In this document: positions 56,001 through 64,000 of the stretch, in pieces
How the letters are laid out: each line of letters starts with the position of its first letter
How positions within the stretch are numbered: the first letter of the stretch is position 1
Source: Octopus vulgaris
Taxonomy: Eukaryota
Reading direction: 5' to 3'
DNA: 64,000 nucleotides
NCBI GenBank assembly: GCA_951406725.2
Contig: OX597827.1
Coordinates: 40,920,001-40,984,000, forward strand
The notes under the pieces: generated by a model
The model's database searches: none
Seen by the model: only the letters and a program-made list of their open reading frames with translations
Told to the model about the DNA's origin: nothing
Program-made: the position numbers and the translations under genes

Positions 56001-57329
56001 TTAACTATGCTTCCTCCTTCACTATCCTCCCTCTTTTATATATGCATGTATGTTTATTTGTAATATTATATTATATAGCCACATATATCTGTGTATGTAT
56101 ATCCATATGTATATCATATTATATAAGCATATAGATATCTGCATATGTATATCTGTATGTGTATTATATCATCATCATCATCGTTTAATGCCCACCGTCC
56201 ATGCTGGCATGGGTTGGACGGTTTGACAGGAGCCGGCCAGGCAGAAGCCTGCATCAGACTTCTGTGTCTGTTTTAGCAGGATTTTTACAGTTGGATGCCC
56301 TTCCTAACACCAACCACCCATCAGAATGGACTGAGTGCATTTTACGTGGCACAAGCACAGGTGAGGTTTTTTTTTGGCAAGGTTTTTACAGTTGGATGCC
56401 CTTCCAAATGCCAACCACTTTATAGTGTAGACTAGATGCTTTTTAAGAGGTACCTGCACTGACAGGGTCACCAAGCAACCTGCAAAACAAAAATCTTTTG
56501 AGAAGGGAGGGAGCATTGGAGGGGGTGATCTGTGATCTTGTGTCAGATGATGAAAGGTTATAGAGAGACAGAGAGACAGAAACAGGTGTCTTGCTGTAGA
56601 GGAGGTACAAGGTTACCCAGCTAGAGAGAGAGAGAAGGAATGAGGACAGAAACAGATGTGCTGCTGCAAAGGAGATACATGGTTACCCAACAAGTGAGAA
56701 GTGCAGGGGAAGGAGAGAGATAGTGGGAGACATCAGGATGGAGATGGTGGCAAAGTGCCAGGCTTACTCACAAGGGACAGGGATTAGACTATAAATGGGA
56801 TGGTCAAGTAAAGGCAGAGAGATATATATAGATAGTACCAGGTTCAAAGGTCATAATATAAATGGCAGGATATTGCCAAAGAGTAGAGAGTGGAAAGGGG
56901 AAGTGAGTAGTGAAAACCTGGGTATATAGAGGTGGGGGAGGCTACCGTTAAGCAATGTTACAGAGAAACAGCCCCCCCGCCCCGTGAGGACAGGAGTGAG
57001 GGGTAGGTATAGTATATGAAGGAGGAAATGTGAAGAAGAGATGTAGGGATGTAGATTGGTTTGTTGGGGTAGGGTGTGTGAAAGGTTTTCTGGTTACACG
57101 TGAGTGGAACACACAGATTGGGGTCTAGCAGATAGCAATGATACAGTGAGACAGGGCCAAGAGGACAGGATTGGAGAGTGTGAGGTAAACATAGTACATG
57201 AAGTGGAAATGTGAGGAAGAGAAGAGAGGTTTGTTGTGGTAGGATGTAATAGAAGATTTCTAGTTATGTGTGGGTGGGACACATTGCACTTCTAGAACTG
57301 TTTCAATGATGTGGGAGGGTCTTCTCAAG

Positions 57330-57537
57330 AACCTCGTATCACCAGACATCTCGGTCCAGTCATTTCCTCCATGAGGCCCATCATCTTCCCAGGTCTCCCT
57401 TTTCTGCAAGTACCATTCACTTTCAGTGATTGGCACTTCTTTATGCAGCTGTCCACATTCATACGCATCACATGTCCAAACCAACGTAGTCTTCTCTCTT
57501 GCATGCTACATTTGATTCCTCTTATGTGCAACATTTC
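57330..57537 (-). pseudogene. RTE-clade LINE 3' fragment
   Basis: ERRLRWFGHVMRM...GRP C-terminal motif. Confidence 0.7.
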
Positions 57538-57750
57538 TCTATATATTCTTTTACTTGTTTCAGTCATTTGACTGAAGCCATGCTGGAGTACCACCTTTAG
57601 TCGAGCAAATCGACCCCAGGACTTATTCTTTGTAAGCCTAGTACTTATTCTATTGGTCTCTTTCGCCGAACCACTAAGTTACGGGGACGTAAAAACACCA
57701 GCATCGGTTGTCAAGCGATGTTGGGGGAACAAACACAGACACACAAACAG

Positions 57751-57803
<53 letters not shown>

Positions 57804-58335
57804 AATATATGACGGGCTTCTTTCAGTTTCCGTCTACCAAATCCATTCACAAGGCTTTGGTTGGCCCGAGGCTATAGTAGAAGACACTTGCCCAAGGTGC
57901 CATGCAGTGGGACTGAACCTGGAACCATGTGGTTCATAAGCAAGCTACTTACCACACAGCCACTCCCACGCCTATATATATACGTATATATTCTGTTGTG
58001 TCTGGGGAGAGTCATTTCTTTTTGTGCTTTATAATTTAACACACTCACCAGTAAAACTGCCACTTATTTCTTATTTTTATTTTCTTAAAATTTTCATTGC
58101 GTCTTACTATCTATTCAATAGTCTTGACTCTTGAAGACTATTGAAAAGGTTGCAAGACACAACGAAAAGTTTAGGAAAATAAGAAATAAGTGGAAATTTT
58201 ACCAGTGAGTGTGTTAAATTATAAGGCACAAAAAGAAAATTACTCTCCCCAGACACAACAGAATATGCTTCAACACACGAACTCGCATAAAAAATCTTGC
58301 AAACCAAAGCCCAAAACGAAATGTATGTATGTATG

Positions 58336-58376
<41 letters not shown>

Positions 58377-60513
58377 CTGTATGTATATTATCTTATATGT
58401 AGGCATGTATGTACACACACACACACACCAACACCACCACCAAGTCTCCATCATTTCTGATAAGTTATAAAAGAACCGAATGTCTTAAAGGAGCTGCCAT
58501 TAATTCACTCTCTACTACACACTCTTCTCTTTTAAACTATGTTCATCCTCTGCATCCCACCCATCCACCCCACTCTCTAAAAAAAAAAAAAAGAACCAGG
58601 ATCCTTCACTTCTGATAAGATATAAAGAACCAATGTCTTCAGGAACAAAAGTGTTTATTCTTGTTCTTGTTGTTGTAGTTCTATTGCCCCCACCCCAACC
58701 AGTCATCCCTGATTAAACAGACCTCTTCTTATTGGTTTGTTTCACAGTTTCACATCGGGGGGGGGGGGGAATCTTGCATCACAAATTCATAAATATATTC
58801 TTATTATCTTTTGATGTATTCAGACATTGAACACTCACCCCCATGACATTGCTGTGTCTCTGCCTTCATGAGCATAGGCTTCAGAACAAGGGGCATAGGG
58901 AGTGCAAATGCACACCATAAAAGAGAGACAACAAATCTGAGATGTTACAACAGGCACAGGAGAGGCTGTGTGGTAAGTAGCTTGCTTACGAACCACATGG
59001 TTCCGGGTTCAGTCCCACTGTGTGGCACCTTGGGCAAGTGTCTTCTACTATAGCCTCGTGAGTGGATTTGGTAGACGGAAACTAAAAGAAGCCTGTCGTA
59101 TATGTGTTTGTGCCTGTGTTTGTCCCCCCAACATCACTTGACAACTGATGCTGATGTGTTTACGTCCCCGTAACTTAGCGGTTCGGCAAAAGAGACTGAT
59201 AGAATTAGTACTAGGCTTACAAAGAATAAGTCCTGGGGGCGATTTGCTCGACTAAAAGGTGGTGCTCCAGCATGGCTGCAGTCAAATGACTGAAACAAGT
59301 AAAAGAGAGAAATAAAAGAGAAAGAGAGAGGGGAGGGCATGAAACAAGAAGAGTAGCCATCGTATCAATAATTATGGTCCTTCCTGCTTTAAAGGGGGCA
59401 TATAGAAGGCTGTTAAATAGGTAAATATATAAATAACTGGGTGACCTTCCCCCTTTGTATTTAGCATGTCTATGGGCCTTTTCAGAGACGTGCCAAGTAA
59501 TATGATATATTTCATATTTTTAAAACTGACACTCCTCTCATCAAGATGTTTTTACAAAATGCAAAAAAAAAAACAAAAAAAAAATACAGAAATACAATTA
59601 TACAATTACATACCAGCCTCCTGAGAAAATTAAGACATTGCACTTACCACCTTTATAGTTTTCTAATATTACCTCATTAGCATATAATCAGAATACCATG
59701 GTAAGGGCATGCTAAGGGGTGTGTCAGTTTTACAAATATGAAATATATATCATATTACTTGGCATGTCTCAAACGGTCCGTAGATGGAATTTTTAAATTT
59801 TTGTAATATTTTCATGGTATTTTAGTACGTCCTTTTAATGTCTTATCATCTCAAATTTTATCATCTCAAATGTATTGTAACTTTTAAATCTAAAATTCAC
59901 TGTGTTTTATGTATCAGATTGATATTTATTTATATGTATTTTTATATTTATATATTTGGAATTTTTATATCAGTTTTATAAATGTAGAAGAATATATATA
60001 TATATATATATATATATTTGATTTTGTGTGTGGTTATTAATTATGTTCCTCTAGTTTCTGCTTGCATTACCTCCATTCAGATTATTAAACGGAATATAGC
60101 TCATTTGGAGCACTACAACTCCAGCCTGTATTTTATTTGCGAGTATTGTTAATATTGGCAATCTCAAAATAAAGCAGTGTATTTTATATATATATATATA
60201 TATATATACCTCATTCTCTTTTACTTGTTTCAGTCATTTGACTGCGACCATGCTGTAGCACTGGCTTTTGTTGAGCAAATCGACCCCAGGACTTATTCTT
60301 TATAAGCCTAGTACTTATTCTATCGGTCTCTTTTGCCAAACCACTAAGTTACGGGGACATAAACACACCAGCATCGGTTGTCAAACGATGTTGGGGGAAC
60401 AAACACACACACACATATATATATATACGACAGGCTTCTTTCAGTTTCTCTCTGCCAAATCTACTCACAAGACTTTGTCATATTTAAATATGACTTAATT
60501 TTCCTCTCACACT

Positions 60514-60565
60514 GTCTCTGATGAAGGGATATTATTAATTAATATCCTAGAAACTGCTGTAAGAC
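60514..60565 (+). ncRNA. Minimal type I hammerhead ribozyme motif
   Basis: GTCT-CTGATGA-A-GGGATATTA(ttaat)TAATATCCT-A-GAAA-C(tgct)G-TA-AGAC. Confidence 0.7.
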
Positions 60566-60769
60566 CTTTTATCTATAAATGCTCTAATATCTATACAGCC
60601 TTGGTTTTTTAGCTTATTACGCAAAAAACTCTTATATACACACGCTGACATAAAACCAACGTTGAACCCTTTATTCGCATTATTACCAAATCTGGAACTT
60701 AACTATGATCTGTAAATAGCACTTATTCAGCATTACCTGACACTTCTGGGTCTCAATGACACCATTATC

Positions 60770-60805
<36 letters not shown>

Positions 60806-61267
60806 ACACATATATATATTTGTGTGTGGAGAGAGAAAGAAATTATTGCTTACTTGTTACATTAATTAAACTTGTGTGTAATAAAATTATAATTAATGTT
60901 TTTCAAGATGCTCAAACACTAGTATGGTTTGCTTTTATTTAGTTTTTTAAACCTAAAACTATATTTTTTTTTAAATCACAGCACATTTAGACACTCCTTG
61001 TAACACACCAGTTGCACAGTGTTCCACAGTGTTACAGTGTGTCACACTGCACTGTTCAATAAACACAAAATGCAGTGCTTTTCTCCAGACCAAAACTATT
61101 TCATTTCTTGCAAAACCTGAATATCAAAGTCAGAGGACAAAGGTCTCAACTGACCAAATTTAGTGGCAGTGATTATGGTGAAGATACACTCCTTTGATAT
61201 TTTTTAAATACATAGACAACAAAAACAAAAAAAAGACAAGACCAAAGGTTGAAAACAGATAAGGCAA

Positions 61268-61303
<36 letters not shown>

Positions 61304-61440
61304 GTGTGTGTGTGCATGTGTGTGTGCGTTGTTAGACCTTTTTCCTTACCACTTCTCATTCCTTCTCTTTCCTTCTATAGCAGCCCATTTACTTCACATC
61401 ATATTTCTCTCTTTCTCCACATGTGTTTGTGCATATACAT

Positions 61441-61479
<39 letters not shown>

Positions 61480-62793
61480 GTGTGTGTGTGTGTGCGTATA
61501 TGTGTGTACACATTTACACAGACAAGAACATACAGAAACATACTCACACATTCCTTTACTGATTTCATAAATGGGACTGCAACCATAATGGGATATCATG
61601 TTCAAGAGCGTTAGTTGATCACATCAACCCAGATATTACTTCAGTCTGGAACTTATTTTATCAATATCTATTCATCAAATGGCAAGGTTACACTTTCTTC
61701 ACACAACAGACACACACGTACATATACAATGGGCTTTTTTTCAGTTTCCATCTACCAAATCTACACATAAGGGTTTGGTTGGTCAGGGTCCATCATAGAA
61801 AACTTTTACCCAGAGTGCTATGTTGTGGAACAAAACCCAAAACTTCTTCACCACACAGCCATATCTGTGCCTGCCTGCATACACACACACACACAATCAT
61901 GCCAATAAGAGGCTGCTATGTAACCAGACAACATGCTAAATAGTGTTGCCAATATCTCATTCATTCACATTAAATTGGATCTTAAAAACAAAAAAGAAAA
62001 CCTAAAGGACATATTATATAATGTAGTCTTAGGTACCCTATGCCTGAATAAAAAAGAAACGCAGGATCATTATAACTAAGAAACCTTTGATCATAGGTCA
62101 GCAGAAAGATCTCTAAGTACTACGAAACCTGTTCTTCAAACCTGGTTGGTTTCATGTCATCTCAGTATAGACCCCTTTCTCCTGAACTCACTCACCACAC
62201 CTCTTGTTACTCATATTGTGTTTAACCACCCTACCCTATGTTCTACACCAACCACTATATTGAATCTTTCTTCTTCAGAACATCATCCCTCTGGAATACC
62301 CAACCCGCCCATAGTTTTTCCAACAAGTTGCCTACGACTTCTGGTTGTTCAAGAATATTGAGCTCACTAATGTTGAACAGTGGGGAACACAGGCAGAGTT
62401 CTTTTCTTCCAGAGAAGACCTATTTAATTTTTTTTTAATGCTTGAATGCAGGGATGGTGGGTAGGTAGGGAGAGGGTAAGTGTGGGTGGTATCAAATGTC
62501 TCAAGTGACCAAACTGCAGGAGCAGTGGTGCTAGTGAAAGGGCATTCTTTTGAAATATTTCTGTATAGATAACAGCAACATCTGAGGCTGAAAATAGATA
62601 AGGTGTATGAGTAGGAGGGGTATATTAGTCCTTCTCTCCTCCTCCTTATATCTCTCACTCTTTCTCTATCTTTCCCTCTCTCTCTTTCTGTCTTTCCTTC
62701 TATTGCATCCTTTCTACTTCTCACTGTACTTCCCTTTCTCTCCACATATGTAAGACGAGGTGCTGGAAAGTTCTTGGCTTTAAGAGTATTTAA

Positions 62794-63030
62794 CCCTTAG
62801 GGGACAACAGGGCTGAGTTATTGGCCAAAAAGTCAAATGACAAAGAAGAATGTATTAGTTCATTCAACTTCCTACAAGAATATATATAGTTTTATATATG
62901 TAAAGTAATTACTTTATTTTTTTTATAATTCTTTTATTTTTTTATTAAGTCTATGCCCTCTGTAGGGCTTGTGAAAAGGGCCCCAACATCTTGGCAATGA
63001 ATCTCCAAATAAGGCTCCATCCCCAAAGGG
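62794..63030. mobile_element. piggyBac-like MITE
   Basis: TTAA|CCCTTAGGGGA...TCCCCAAAGGG|TTAA. Confidence 0.65.
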
Positions 63031-63765
63031 TTAAACAAAACACAAAAGACATTAAGTATGTCACCTCAATAATGTTTACACTATTAGAGTTGCTTCTAAC
63101 TCAAATTTCAATTTGTGCAGCGCTTTTGCACATCATCTACCAAATCTACTCATAAGGGTTTGGTTGGTCAGGGTCCATCATAGAAAACATTTACCCAGGG
63201 TGCTATGTTGTGAAACAAAACCCAAAACCATGTAATTGGAAAGCAAACTTCTTCACCACACAACCATCATAAAAAACATTTACTGAAGGTACTATTGGGA
63301 CTGAACCCAAAACAACATAATTAATTAATCAATGAATGAATTAATTAAAAAACACCAAAAGTTTTTCAGCAATTTCTTGTTTCAAAAGCAGAACACTAAA
63401 TTATTTAAGAGTTTGCTGAAAAGGGAGAAGTTACAACTGACAATCAGTGGGGTCACTTCAAACTAACTCCCTCACCATCATGTACCTTAACACTGGAGGC
63501 CTAACCAAGGAGAGTAAGGGAGAGCATTGGGATCATGCTCTCTATGGTTTACCCAACTGTATTACACTGCTATATGTGATAGTTATTTAAGCAAGGCGCA
63601 AGAGTGGCTGTGTGGTAAGTAGATTGCTTACCAACCACATGGTTCTGGGTTCAGTCCCACTGCGTGGCACCTTGGATAAGTATCTTCTACTATAACCTCA
63701 AGCCAACCAAAGTCTTGTGAATGGATTTGGTAGACGGAAACAGAAAGAAGCTCATTGTATATGTG

Positions 63766-63830
<65 letters not shown>

Positions 63831-64000
63831 CTGTGTTTGTTCCCCCCCACCCACACCACTTGACAACCAATGCTGGTGTGTTTACGTCCCCGTAACTTAG
63901 CGGTTTGGCAAAAGAAACCGATAGAATAAGTACTAGGCTTACAAAGAATAAGTCCTGGGGTCGATTTCCTCGGCTAAAAGGCAGTGCTCCAGCATGGCCG

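Overview
Eukaryotic, AT-rich, repeat-saturated genomic DNA. The SINE, LINE and microsatellite content suggests an octopod cephalopod (inference from repeat types, not verified). The only host protein-coding gene I can support is a 12-coding-exon class I facilitative sugar transporter (SLC2A/GLUT1-like) on the minus strand, 47742->15454. I assembled it by hand: all introns GT-AG, phases consistent, 1584 nt = 527 aa + stop. It carries unusual substitutions at sugar-binding positions. The rest is CR1-group LINE copies inserted in (TA)n/(CA)n tracts, RTE fragments, two abundant tRNA-derived SINE families, non-autonomous Helitrons, hAT/piggyBac/mariner-type MITEs, long inverted repeats and very long microsatellites. 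Nearly all short ORFs in the supplied track are microsatellite or repeat artefacts. The most notable hidden signal is a set of minimal type I hammerhead ribozyme motifs: four with intact cores, one decayed copy and a U3-A8 variant family. One sits in the tail of a tRNA-headed SINE-like element, and two lie in the sense strand of the transporter's introns.
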